Notes under the pieces: generated by a model | Seen by the model: only the letters and a program-made list of their open reading frames with translations | Told to the model about the DNA's origin: nothing | Databases searched by the model: none | Position numbers and translations under genes: made by a program | Assembly: GCF_008831285.2 (NCBI RefSeq) | Contig: NC_045138.2 | Location: 18,538,001-18,602,000 of the forward strand | Direction of reading: 5' to 3' | Source: Nymphaea colorata | Taxonomy: Eukaryota | DNA: 64,000 bases | In this document: positions 1 to 12,200 of the stretch, piece after piece | Position numbering within the stretch: the stretch's first letter is position 1 | Layout of the letters: the number at the start of each line of letters is the position of its first letter

Positions 1-186
1 ATCAGTCCATCTACACCTATAGCCACGCTGTACTCACTTGGATATATTATACTTGCTGGAAAATCAAATTCCTAGCCTCGTCTTGGATGTGTTGATTGAT
101 GTATTATCACGCTCATCTAAGAGGCCGACATTTTATGAGGCTTTATTTGCTGGGTCGTAAGGCATTTACTGACAAGTCATGGGATA

Positions 187-384
187 AAGGGGGAGGAGGG
201 AAGGAGGGTTGGCCTAGGCCATGGTCCCACCCCAACCAATGAAATTTTTCTTTTTTATATTGAAAAAAATAATATTTTTTAATTGGGTAATGTATTTTTT
301 GTAATAGAATACAGTTTGGCCATACTCAGATTTAGAAGTCGGATTGTCAGCCCTCTCCTGAAGAAAATCCTGGCTTCGCCCCTG
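187..384. mobile_element. hAT-type MITE inserted in exon 1 of the DUF247 pseudogene
   Basis: 8-bp TSD ATGGGATA at 179-186 and 385-392. Right end CTGGCTTCGCCCCTG is the same terminal family as 2026-2198 and 6639-6809. The right junction is locally duplicated (to ~425). Confidence 0.75.
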
Positions 385-1550
385 ATGGGATAGCCCCTGA
401 CTCTGCCCCTGATGGGATAGCCCCTCAAATGTTCCACGAAATTAAATCTTGATGTACACTTGGCCAGCTCTTATTAAATCGTGTGTGACCCTTTATATAG
501 GTACAAAAAAAAATATTAAATTTGAGAATATAGAATTAAAAAAATTTTAAAAAACTGGAGTGTGTAACTTGCACCAATTCACTGTGAGTGCACTTGCAGC
601 ACAGTTACACTGTTTATATATATATATATCTATATATATCTCCTAATAAGTGTGGGCATAGTTAATTTGTTATACTCGCTTTTCATAAGTTAAAGGCTGG
701 AATAGGCTCTTAATTGTTCAGAAGAATCATGGTTTGAAGGCCGCATAGTCACATAAAACACAATTTTTTTAAGAACGTGATAAATTAAATGGCTTTTTAA
801 AATTTTAAAATGTGTTTTTTTTTAATATTAATAACGAAAAAACTGCATTTTTAACAAAATGATGGGTGGTGTCATCGACATTCCTCAACCAATGCAACCT
901 GGCTACAGTGAGTGCTGATTGCCTCGACTCGTGAGAGCACGGTGCGCTACCATTACCTACCAGGAAACCCAACCCGTAACCCCGTGCTGCTCCACTTCAA
1001 CACCGTAAGCAAAACGACGGCGTTTCCTTTTTTAAAGAAAGATATCACTGACACGAGCCGAGACGTATGGAGATGTTATAGCGCGTGAAGAGGAGAAGCT
1101 GCAGGATGGTTTGGACCATCCATCGAAGGGACAAGTATCTGAGGTCTGCCAAGAGGCTTCGCGCATCGGAGCGACCTTGAGGCCACGTTTGATTGTAAAC
1201 TAATCATGAACGTAATTTTTTTTTTCTCGTTTCAGGTCATGTTTGATGGCCTGGAATATTTTTTCCAGCGTAAAAAATCATTAGTTTGATAAAGAGGAAA
1301 TTTTTTTCATAGAAAAAATTATTGACCGTTACAACACACTGACAAATTCAATCCATTATGAAAGAAATCGATCTTTTCTTCGACCATGGCAACGGTTTGG
1401 TTAAGGATTTTAGGGACAAAAGCATCATTTTCACTAATTCAGAGTGCTCGATTCCCATACCAAAGCGTTGTCAAGATCGTAAAAGATCCCAACCTTCCTG
1501 CAATTAACGTAGCACGAATCCAAGCAACGCGAATCCGCGAGATGACTCTT

Positions 1551-1778
1551 GATAATGGGAAATGCCAGACAGATGCCGACCAACTGCATCCTGCTGAACC
1601 CCAACTCGATAATGGCGTCCAGTCGGCAGTGGAGGAGCGATCCATCGATGTCGAAGATCGAAGCGTCATGACTGTAGAGCAAGCAGAGCTTGGTCCATGA
1701 GAAGCCGTAGTTGGAGAGCGCAGAGATGGAGCTCAGCAACTTGGGGTTATCGCAGAGGAAGAGACGATCGGCGGGAAA
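1551..1778 (-). pseudogene. mTERF-family gene fragment captured inside the Tourist-like element
   Basis: Translation FPADRLFLCDNPKLLSSISALSNYGFSWTKLCLLYSHDASIFDIDGSLLHCRLDAIIELGFSRMQLVGICLAFPII resembles plant mTERF18-like repeats (FLxD...LxxYGFxWxKLxxLY...GFS...VGICLAFP). Recognised from memory. Confidence 0.7.
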
Positions 1779-1985
1779 AGGGGGGTTGTCATGGGGGAGA
1801 ACGAGAAATGAAAAATCATGGTGAGAAGAGAAGAAAAGCTCAGGGAGAGAGGAAGAGGAAGAGAAAGGGAGGATGAAGAAGAGAGGATAACAAGGAATGA
1901 CAGGGAAGCGGGTAGCAGGGGAGGAAAAGCTCACAATGTGGTAGGGGCGAGCGAGAAGAAGCCCTAACGGGCTTCCTCTTTCTGC

Positions 1986-2237
1986 GAGGGTAAATTTTCC
2001 CGAAAAAAAGTCTGACCCTCTCGGGCAGTGGCGGAGCCAGAACAGTCCAACCTCTGGATCTAAGTAGGGCCAAACTAAATTTAAATCTAAAAAATACATA
2101 GAGTGATTAAAAAATAATTTTTTTTTAATGTAAATTTTTTTTTTTCATTTTGCCAAGGTAGGGCATGGCCTAGGCGGCCCCCCCTCCCTCTGCCCCTGCT
2201 CTCGGGTTCGACTTTTTTTTACGGAAAATTTACCCTC
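1986..2237. mobile_element. Short fold-back (possibly Mutator-like) element, split at its apex by a MITE
   Basis: GAGGGTAAATTTTCCCGAAAAAAAGTCTGACCC (1986-2018) is near-complementary to GGGTTCGACTTTTTTTTACGGAAAATTTACCCTC (2204-2237). No TSD seen. Confidence 0.55.
2026..2198. mobile_element. hAT-type MITE
   Basis: Ends CAGTGGCGGAG / CTCTGCCCCTG. Perfect 8-bp TSD CTCTCGGG at 2018-2025 and 2199-2206. Confidence 0.9.
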
Positions 2238-4184
2238 AAATTCATTATTTACGTGGTAAAATTATCGATTTTTAATAACACCTGTAAAAGTCGTACATTT
2301 TTTTTCCTTTTTCCAATTGGTGGACAGTATTTTCCCTGGCAATCAAACGTGGCCTCAAGAAGAGGAAACCTGGCGGGCGTGAGGTTTGATAAAGGAGTTC
2401 TCTACTTCCCTGAGCTCGTACTGAACGAGACATCAGAGGGGGCGTTGATGAACATGGTGGCCCTCGAGCGAATGCACCCACAGACTGAGAAAGGCGTCAC
2501 GTTCTTCATGTCCTTCATGGATGCTCTGATAGGCACTGCCGAAGACATAAGCATTTTGGGAAAGGCAGGACTCGTGACCAATAATCTGGGGAGCGACGAC
2601 GCGGCTGCCACCCTCTTCAACAAGCTGGGCGTGCTTGAGATTATGCATCCGTTCCCCCATTACATCTTTAAATAAAGCTAACGCCCGGTTCATTTAATCC
2701 TGTGGACGCTCCATTTCCAGTCACAATTCATCTGAAGTTTTGTATAAGTAGGAGCTTATAGAAAATAATAAAATAATTTTCAAACAGTTCTTATGCTCCA
2801 AGCCTAAATACATAAGGATTATGAATGATCCGGAATCCGAGCTCTGAAACAAAGATTCCTGATAGAATCAGATCTGAGCTCCAAAACAAAGCTTTTTTGA
2901 ATTTGATCCGAGCACGATTCTATGTACTTAGCACCGAATTTGATCCATTTTGCACTCCTCTTTTGCCTCCCTCTATCCATGGTGGGGCATCTAGCTACTG
3001 TTCCCATGCATTTAACGTCCTTTGTGTGGATGTCCTTGCCTATTGATTTGTGCTTAAAAAAAAAAAAAAGTTTTGAGACAATTTTATATGATTATTCTAG
3101 AATCCCGATAGGATAAAGAGTATATCTAATCCAAATACGATCAAATATTCGGATGACACGAATATCGAATCAGAAAAAAAAAAAGAACACCAATATCAAA
3201 GACTTAACTCGGAAAAAAAAAAATCAACAACCAGTCTCACCCAATCGCCGTTCTCATTCTTGATCTCCTCCAGCCATATGCCTTGATCGTTCCCCATCCT
3301 CTTGCTTAATCGGCTCCCTCCTCCGTTTCGAGTCGGAAACTTGAAGACTTCACCAGTCTTGAAGTTTGCAAGTGAACGAACTTGTGAACAACTATAACAT
3401 CACATTGTGTGCCGTTAGTAAACTGGCGTTCGCTCGAGATGTGACACAATCAGGACTCTATGCAAAAGTTTACCAACGAGATGCGGCGTGGGTTGAACGG
3501 TTCCTCATCTTCCCTCTGGCTGTTGGTAGCCGAACCCCCTTTTTTCTTGTGCTGTGAGTTATGTATGTATGTTGTATTTCAAAGTTTCAAGTATGTTCAG
3601 TTTGCCAAGACTGTCTTTTTCTTTTCTTTAGTTGGTGAGCTGCCGTGAGTTATGTACGTATGTTGTATTTCAAAGCTTCAAGTACTTCTTTTCTTAGTGC
3701 AAACCTCAGAAGTTAAATTGCAAAAGAATGGTGCTTTTAATTTGGTTCACTTCAAGTATTTCTTTTCCTGAGAATCTGCCCCCTGTTGTTGTCTCTATTA
3801 TAAAATTGATTTTAAATAATAAAATATTAAATTTAAAAATAAAAAAATATTTTTTATTATTGCCAGGCCCAAGATAGCCCCCATCGGGCCGGCTCATTGG
3901 GCCCCAACCCGGCTCGTTATGGGCCGGGGCTGGTTCATTGGGCCCGAACCTGGGCCAATTAAGGGTCAGGTCCGGCCCATTTGTCTTGAAAGAAACTCGA
4001 ACTCGGCTTGAGTTAGCTGTGATTTTATTAAAAAAAATTATTTTTGAATGGAAGAGGAAAATATAAGCAACCTATTTTATTAATTTTTTTTTTAAATGTA
4101 ACCTCTCTCTCTCCCTCTAGCTAAACAATTTTTAAGCCGATTAGTTCTTATTTGGGATACAGAGTTGTGGTGGAAGGAAGGAAC

Positions 4185-4521
4185 CTATGTCACCGGAGTG
4201 CAGGGTGTGGGTGCTGGAACGGTACATCTCAAAAAATTTAGGTGCGGCAAAGGTATTTTATTATTATTATTATTATTATTATATATAACAAAATAAGCAT
4301 GTATATATTATTATTACAATTTAGTTATTAATGCATATAACATACTTGAATAATTGCATTGCATTAAAAAATATCAAAACAAGATATATTGTATAAGTAA
4401 TTAAATAATATGACATTCTAACTAGGCTCGGGCGTGACTCGAAGCCGCATCCATGTCTGGTGTGCACCTGACTAGATGTGACTTGGATGCAGCAGTAAAA
4501 TAAAAGAGTCGGATGACATAG
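4185..4521. mobile_element. hAT-type MITE
   Basis: TIR CTATGTCA / TGACATAG. 8-bp TSD GAAGGAAC (4177-4184) / AAAGGAAC (4522-4529). AT-rich interior. Confidence 0.75.
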
Positions 4522-6638
4522 AAAGGAACAAGCTCTTTTAGTTATAAGTTGTGTTTTGATAAAACGAAATTATATTAGAAGTAAAAGTACAATTTTATCC
4601 CAACAGAGGCCCATATCCTATTCTATCCACTCCGAAGATTCTCATTTTAGTAATTCTTCTTCTATAAGATATAAATAGTTGATGTCATCAAAGAATCAAT
4701 AGCAACTTTAGATTCTCCGGTTCAAATTGCTGTCATGAGCGTAGAAAAAGAATTGTAGTTAAGAGGCATTCTAAGTTTACATTTCAAATTTTAAGGGGAA
4801 TATGTAAAAGTAAAAATGCCTTTTTTTTTCGTTCTTGTCATTTTGGTGTTTTTTTTTTTCAATTTAAAATACGAATTTATTTGTCATGTTCTTTTGCATT
4901 GAATAATTGTGTTGTTAGTGTACATACAGTGATTGGTAGATCATACCAGATCACTTGGGTAACAGATAAAAATTAGACCTCTTAAATTGATGTTAAAAAG
5001 TGTTTTAAGTAAAATATAAACTTTTTGATTTGTTTATATATATTAATTTAATATAAATCAAGCATTTGTTCAAGTCATTTTTTGTAAAAAAAAAAAAAAC
5101 CTTTCCACTATCAAAATTTTGATACAATAAAAGCAATTTTTTTTATTATTAAAAAATGTTTTTTAAATTAAAAAACAACTAACTTAAGATATGTTTCTCA
5201 CCAAACCACTCTTGAAATATCTATAAGGTTAGATTGTAAAAAATAATAATTAATTTTAGTGAATGTGGTTTTTGTTTGACATTTTTACCAAATTTCGTGA
5301 CACCTTATGAAATGACAACTTTTACACCACAGGGACAACTAACACAAAAATAATCTAAATCAAAATTTCTCAAAAAAATGGTTAAAACTCAATTCTGAAA
5401 AATGCAAGAGAAGGGTAACCTTTCCTTTTCCGCCCTTATACTGGTGGCCAGTTTCTTTTGCTATTTATTTAGCCATTTGCAATTAGGTGATCATCACGCT
5501 CGTCTGCCCATTTTCTGGCCAGCTATCAGCTCAAAAATGGCCGGAAAATTTTTATAAAGCTTTCATTCTAATTTTGCCAATGTCTCCGCCATAACTGGCC
5601 GAAAATTTGAAAAATCAACGTCGCATGACATAGGGAAGCTCGGGGAGCTGCACTTTGTTTTTAATCAGCGGCAAATAAGTGGCAGGAACATAGTTGTTAC
5701 ATAAAGTATCATCATGCTGCTATTATCATAGGAAGCTCTATACATTAAAAGAAAAAAAAGGGAAAAATTACCATAAGAAGAAGGTCTAATTGCTTAAAAA
5801 CATGAAAGATATGGCATCGTGGTTCACAAAAAATAAAGTGGCTTCACAATGAATGATAGACTACTATATTTCCTAGGACTACTAATGCAAGACGGATTGA
5901 GATCAACGATTCCTAATCCATCCACACCCACGACTAAGCTAAATCGACGCCTAAAACTAACTAAAACCCAAGCAAATGACTAAACAAGACAAGAAGAACA
6001 GAGGCAAACTAACAAACGAATTACCTAGATCCAGTTATGCAGCCTAACCGGGGGTGGAGAAGAGTCGTCTTCAAGGAATTAAAAATCTTTTAATCTGTCA
6101 AAACGAGTCTTCATCCTAGAAGGTTTGGATCTGTTCAAGAAAAGAGTTCACAACGCTGCCGCTACTTATGATAGGGTGGCGGACTGCCCGCCATCTCCCT
6201 GCCACAAATAGAGACCTTCAGAAACTCAGGTTACTGGGTAATTTCTTCGTAAGTGATAGGGTGGCGGACTGCCCACCATCTCCTGGCCATTTTCAGGTTA
6301 TTGTTGGATTTGGATCACCAAGAAGGGATTGAGACCAACATTTGGGTTGCGTCATGTACCCAATGCAGATGCATCTTTAATTTCTAGATACATGTTTTAG
6401 TTCGGTCACCATTTATCGTTCTTTTATATCTCGCATATATGTTCTGAATCAAGATCCCAGGAGGGATTGGATAGTTTCGTGATCCTGGTTTAGATTTTCA
6501 TCTAATAGTGAAACATCATATTCAGTTTTTTGAAGCAAAGAAGAAACAACTTGTATTGCGATCTGTTTGCAACAGTATAGTATTGTAACAAAAGTCAAAA
6601 ACCATCTATCGTCAAAGATAATTGGATGCACACTTTAT

Positions 6639-6809
6639 CAGGGTGGAGCCAAGGTAGGGTTTGCACTGACCTGGCCTCACCTCAATTTAAAAAAAAAAAA
6701 ATATACATGTAAATTTTAAAAAATTTCACTTGTTCTATATAATTTTTTTAAAAAATAATATTTCAAACCTAGTCGAAATTTGAAAACTTTTATTTGGCCT
6801 CCGCCCCTC
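6639..6809. mobile_element. hAT-type MITE (same terminal family as 2026-2198)
   Basis: Ends CAGGGTGGAG / CTCCGCCCCTC. TSD CACTTTAT / CACATTAT. Absent from the paralogous blocks at ~16670 and ~21990. Confidence 0.8.
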
Positions 6810-7593
6810 CACATTATCGAACCGAATCGTGGATATGAATGCTTTGGCTTATATAACTTTCCATTTATAAGATGAAAAGAGATACGCTGCCACTGCAAAG
6901 GCAAGACTAATTTATTGGTTTTCTTTAAGTCATTTGATACCGGAAAAGGAAAAGGCTAATCCTGCTATATGAATACAAATATTTGAGGCAGCCACACTTG
7001 AATGGGAGAGAGTAAAACCAGATTATGATAAGGAAGCCATGTTCTGCAGATTAAGCCTCGTTTTCCCCTTGATTGGATGCCAAGATATGGTTTTGCAATA
7101 AATAAATAAGATTTAATAAGAAATAGCAACTACGTACAGTGCACTTATAATTGGCTGGAAAATGGTTGACCTCTCAAACTGCTATTCAATTTTCAGCCAA
7201 TTACGACTGAAAGTTTTGAACAAATGAAAAAAAAAATGCATACTATATTCTAATTTGAATTCCAAATTCATAATTTGAATCTGATCTGAATCAGATTTTC
7301 AGATTAGCATCTGAATATGAAACCATATTACAATGAGTATAAGATGCATTTTTTTCATAACTACATCTGATCCAAATCTCAATCTGACTCCGATCAATAT
7401 TTACTTAAAGCTGAATCTGATTCTTATCAATATTTATGTAAATCTGAATACGATTGGATGTCATTTTTTATATCTAAATTTGATCTGAGTTCTTAGTCGG
7501 ATGTCGAAATTTTCTCCATATCCTATTTTTTTTAATGTGGTTCGGTCAGATATCGAATCTAATCTATAGGTTTCTCAGATTGAATTTCATGAC

Positions 7594-9200
7594 ATGTCAG
7601 ATCCTTTGCCACCAGTAGTTGAAGAAAATGATGATGCAAGGCCTACCATTTTGCGACAATCCATTATCGGTTCGCCTCAACCTGTAACTCCATTACAGCA
7701 CACTATCATTACTCGCAGCATGACTGAGATATTAAAACCTAATCCAAAATATGTTAATCTTCATGATGTTGCAACATATGCTTCTATACCTAAGGAGACG
7801 CACAACACTAAGGAGGCGTTGAACCACTGAGGCTGGAGGCTTTTATGCAGGAAGAAATATCCACCTTATATGAAAAGCACACTTGGGATCTAGTATCACA
7901 TCAACCACAAATGAATGTCATTGGATCAAGATGGGTATACAAGGTAAAACTGCAAATTGATGGAACTCTTGAGCGATTGAAAGCTCGCTTTGTTGCACGT
8001 GGATTCTCTTAACTTGAGGGAGTTGATTTTGTCGAGACTTTTTCTCCTGTTGAACAAATTACACTATTTTTTAGGCATTTAAGTTCATCCTACCCATGAA
8101 GGACTTTTTCTTCGCAAACAAACTATGCCAAGGATTTGCTAGACCGAGCAAATATGTATAATTGCAAGCCTGTTGTTACACCGATGGTGGAAAAAATCCA
8201 AGAAGCTTCTTATGAATTTTATTTAGATCCAACTCACTATAGAGGTTTGGTTTGTGCCTTACAATATTTGACCATAACAAGGCCCGAATTGTCCTTTAGT
8301 GTCAACTATGTGAGCCAACATATGCATAGTCTTGTGTTACAACGTTATGAAATGGTGAAGCATATCCTTCGATATATAAAAGTTACTCTTGATGTAAGTC
8401 TGAAAATCATGACTCAAAGTTCTCTAGATTTATATGCTTTTTGCCACGCTGATTGGGCTGGTTGCCATGAGACAAGAAGGTCTACTACAAGCTTTTGTAC
8501 ATTTCTTGACAATAATTGTATTACTTGGAGTACCAAGAAACAAAGTACAGTCGTTAGATCAAGTGCGGAGGTGGAGTACAGAGCCATGGCATCCAGAAGG
8601 ATCTTTGATCACAAAATTTGTTCCCTCAAAACATCAACTTGCAGACATTTTTACAAAACCTTTAACAATGATTTAATTTCACGCCTTAAGGAGCAAACTA
8701 GGCCTCCTCAATCGACACAATTTGATGGGGAGTAAAGACAAAGCTAGTGAAGATTGTAATAAGATGAAGAAAGCAAACCGTCATCTTGAGTTCTGCAAAT
8801 TTGGGAAGAAGACAATAAGGATAGAAATTGAATGCTACAATGACATAAAGAAGGAAGACGTTATAAAAACCAACAAAAATTAGGATGAATACATGTGATC
8901 AGAAAGCTACTATAAATCCTTATGTTATGAAAGGAAAGTTTAGATCGTGTACTCTGTGTTGTGGCTGAACAAAAATATTCTTTCCTTTTTCATGGACATA
9001 GATTCACTTTGAACGGGACCACATTATTTCTGGTGCCTCTTCTTTCCTTTTACTTTTCGTTTACATCCTACTGTGTATCAAGCAGGATGTCCACTTATAA
9101 GTCATGGGACGGAGACAAAGACCAAGGGAAGATTTTTTTGGCTGAGCTCTTTGAGGAGAGCAAGTTGCGTGCACTGCTGGGTGCACACAACTAATATACA
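7594..9200 (+). mobile_element. Degenerate, internally deleted Ty1/copia remnant (RT/RNase H fragments, PPT, probable 3' LTR)
   Basis: Motifs IGSRWVYKVK...LERLKARFVARG, ETFSPV, LQYLTITRPELSFSVN, ADWAGC..TRRSTT, RSSAEVEYRAMA, QLADIFTKPL, with stops and frameshifts. Purine tract GATGGGGAG at ~8724-8732, followed by LTR-like sequence with TATAAAT at ~8910. Right boundary uncertain. Confidence 0.85.
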
Positions 9201-12200
9201 ACAAAAGAAAAAATTGGATATTTTGGTAATTATTAAAAAAGGAGTATTTTTTTATTTTTTATTTTTTCGGTTTCCCTTTTTATCCTACAAAAAGTTTTCA
9301 TTTTATATTAAGCAGGAGTATTGTTATCATTAACCATAATGGTGCCCTAAAATTTCATACAATAGTATGGCATATTTTTTTAAGACTTAGCTCACACCAG
9401 CCATACTGTAGATGAAATAAATTAAGCCGTGGAATTCAGGATTCCCATCGCACATAGTTTTCTGGAAAATGCGGCACTTGATTAAATTTAAACCACTAGC
9501 TAGCCTTTTCTCTTCTATGCCTCAAAAGATCGAGTTATATATATATGTGTGTGATTTGCTTGGGATAGGGTTCAGTGAAACACGGAAAGTGACTGTCCTA
9601 GTCTCTGGGTTTTGGTATCATTTGCTCAAAGTCTTCTTTGATTTGAACCTTGTTGCCTGTTTGGCAAGGTAGGGCATGATTTCCTCTTCTTAGGAAAGGG
9701 ACACAATCTCTACACACAAAGCCTTGATTTCTTGGGACTTGGATAACATTTGCTGTTTATATTTGAGTTATATACAGGTAAAAATTTCCTTCAAAACATA
9801 TCGTTAGAAATATAAATATTGGTAGATTGGAGGTAATAAATATACTTGGAGTAGAGGACAAAAGGAGGGAAATCTCAAATTGATATCCAACCCTTATGCA
9901 GAACGTAGTGGAATTCAAGATTCCCATTACACATTGTTTTCTGGAAAATGTGACATTTGACTGAATTTAAACCATTAGCTACTTTTCTTTTCTAATTTAA
10001 GCCCAAAAAGATGGAGCTATTGACAAGGACAGTGCATGAGTGTCCTGGTCTCTGGCTTTTGGCGCCACTTGCTCCAAGTCTTGTTTGATTTGAACCCAGC
10101 ATTCACTTTCAGCTATGGATGCTTCAGTGGTTGATGCGGGTTCCTCCTTCGATCAAAACTCACCATCTCCTGTTATTAAAAGACAGAGGTTCCCAAAGAA
10201 AGCCTTCAAAGGCGGTGGAACCCCTCAGAACAGAAAATGACTACCCATCACACCAACTCTTAAACGAGTTCGATGGTAAACGAAGAAAAGAACAATCAAT
10301 AGTTCTCTCTCAATGGGACTACAATCCCTTCAAATGGGCACCTGTCGCTCCTCAGCCTTTCACTTTTCTGGCTCTTATGAGCCGGTGTATTTGCTCATTC
10401 AACAGGATTTGTCCCTCTCACAAAGGCGAAAAACAATTACGTATTACATATGCAGCGGCATTGGAAGAACCACTAACAAGTGAAGAAAAAATAAAAGCGG
10501 TTGAATGTGGTCCGATAAGACATGAAGATTTTATAAAGCTTTGTCAATCTTGTCTATGTAAGTGGAGAGCACAGCATCCAGATGGGATTAAGGTGGGTCC
10601 AGGTTGATCGAGATCCAAACATGGCATTGTCATGTTGGATCTGAGTTGGTGGTGAGATGAGAAGCGTTGAGAGGTTCATGTGTGTCTGTGGGTTATAAAA
10701 TCTACCAATATTTCAGAAAATAAGAAGCCCAAGATATATTGAAGCAACTGTCCTGCTGTAAATATTTGAATTTAGCATACACGCTTGGGGAGCGGCGAGT
10801 CGACAGGCGGGGGAGTCTGTGAAACCCAAACTTGGTGGGAAGATGGGAGAGATCTGCCGGGAAAGGAAGACCTGGGGATGGATGTGATAGGGTGAAAAGG
10901 AGATGGCATATCAAGAAAATGAAAAGCTACTCTGGTAATCTTGGCATGCTTAACTTTTATGGTGGATGCTCTGGGGCGCCGTTGCTTCTTAAGAAAGCTT
11001 CTCTCTATATTCAAATGGAGCCTTCGTCATTTTATAATGGTGATTCCACTCAGACAACAAGCATGGAGCACCTGTGTGACGTAAATTATCAGTTGAGTCG
11101 ATGACTCGGTTTGAGGAAATCCATTACGGTAAGGAATTAGACCTCTTAACCCTTCCGGCACTTGTGAGTCGATTGACATTTCTTATATTAGTGTCTGATC
11201 TGAGTTCTTAATGGCATGTCAAAATTTTGGCGATTATCCTATTTATGTTATACAGTTTTGTTGGATGTCGAATGTAAATTGGATTTATTGACATGCCTAT
11301 ACAAAAGGCCTTAATATTTTTGGACTTGGGATAGCATTTGCTGTTCCTATTTGAGTCATATCCAGGTCTAAATTTCCCGCAAAACTTACCATTAGAAATA
11401 TAAATGTTGATAGATTGGAGGTAAATAAACGCTGGAAGATGTGACACCTGAGTATATTTAAACCACTGGCTAGCTTGTTCTCTCTCTTCTAAGCCTAAAA
11501 AGATCGAGCTATATATGAGTTGCTTTGGATGGGGTTCAGAGCTGATGCTATGTAATAAGGAAAGTGATATTTCTAGCCAATGCAGATCTTGTTCTGTCCC
11601 ATAGTGACAAGGAAAGTGACGGTCCCAGTCTCTTGGTTTTGGTATCATTTGCTCCAAGTCTTCTCTGATTTGAACCTTGTGGCTTGTTTGGCACGGTAGG
11701 GCATGATTTCCTTTTCTTAGGAAAGGGACGCAATTTCATGGCCTTTTCTTAGGAATCGCCATCTTCATTCGTGACCACATAGCTTGCATTCCGATATCTT
11801 AAAGATAAATCTTCCTGGCATCAAATCTGTTTGCCCTGCTTCCAAACACTCCTTAAAAGAATTTTTAAGCCGATTACCTGGTGTTCTTCTAGTTCGGATA
11901 CCAAGTTCATTTTTGAAAAAAAAAAAAAAAAAAACACAAAAATACACACAAGGAATGGCATCTTCATTGGTGGCCACATTTTTATTAGAACGAAGGATTT
12001 TTCCACGGCACTTTTTGTCGCATTTTCCTTCTGAGATCGTGAAAAGCCATAACCAACAACAATAATATTTGTCATCAACCGGTCGTCGTATAAATATCAT
12101 AGATACGCATGTTGGTCTCTCTTTTAATTTATCATTAACGTTGCTTTCAACTCTTCATCTTTTTTTTTAATCCCTCTCTCTCTCTTCATCTGCAACTGGG

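Larger units (their letters stand above)
1181..2354. mobile_element. Non-autonomous PIF/Harbinger (Tourist-like) element carrying captured and nested sequence
   Basis: Perfect 15-bp TIRs GGCCACGTTTGATTG / CAATCAAACGTGGCC. Flanks TGA / TCA fit a 3-bp TSD with one mismatch. Removing it restores GACCTTCAAGAAGAG as in the intact paralogue at ~25239-25253. Confidence 0.85.
1..2675 (+). pseudogene. DUF247/UPF0481 pseudogene (5' part outside window), disrupted by frameshifts and TE insertions
   Basis: 1-100 encodes ...LYLLENQIPSLVLDVL, homologous to 18220-18310. 1075-1177 matches exon 2 of the 23846 gene (RRDKYLRSAK). 2355-2675 encodes GVRFDKGVLYFPELVLNETSEGALMNMVALE and ends before the C-terminal PW/TM segment. 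Interrupted by insertions at 187-384 and 1181-2354. Confidence 0.9.

Noticed and set aside
1434..2099. 221-aa ORF as a real gene
   Set aside because: It starts inside a MITE and crosses a fold-back element and low-complexity sequence. Only ~75 codons look like mTERF.
10119..11014. 162-aa ORF and neighbours; possible LINE 3' end on the minus strand
   Set aside because: No recognisable domain. The ORF begins in a duplicated intergenic module, and no poly-A or TSD supports a LINE call.
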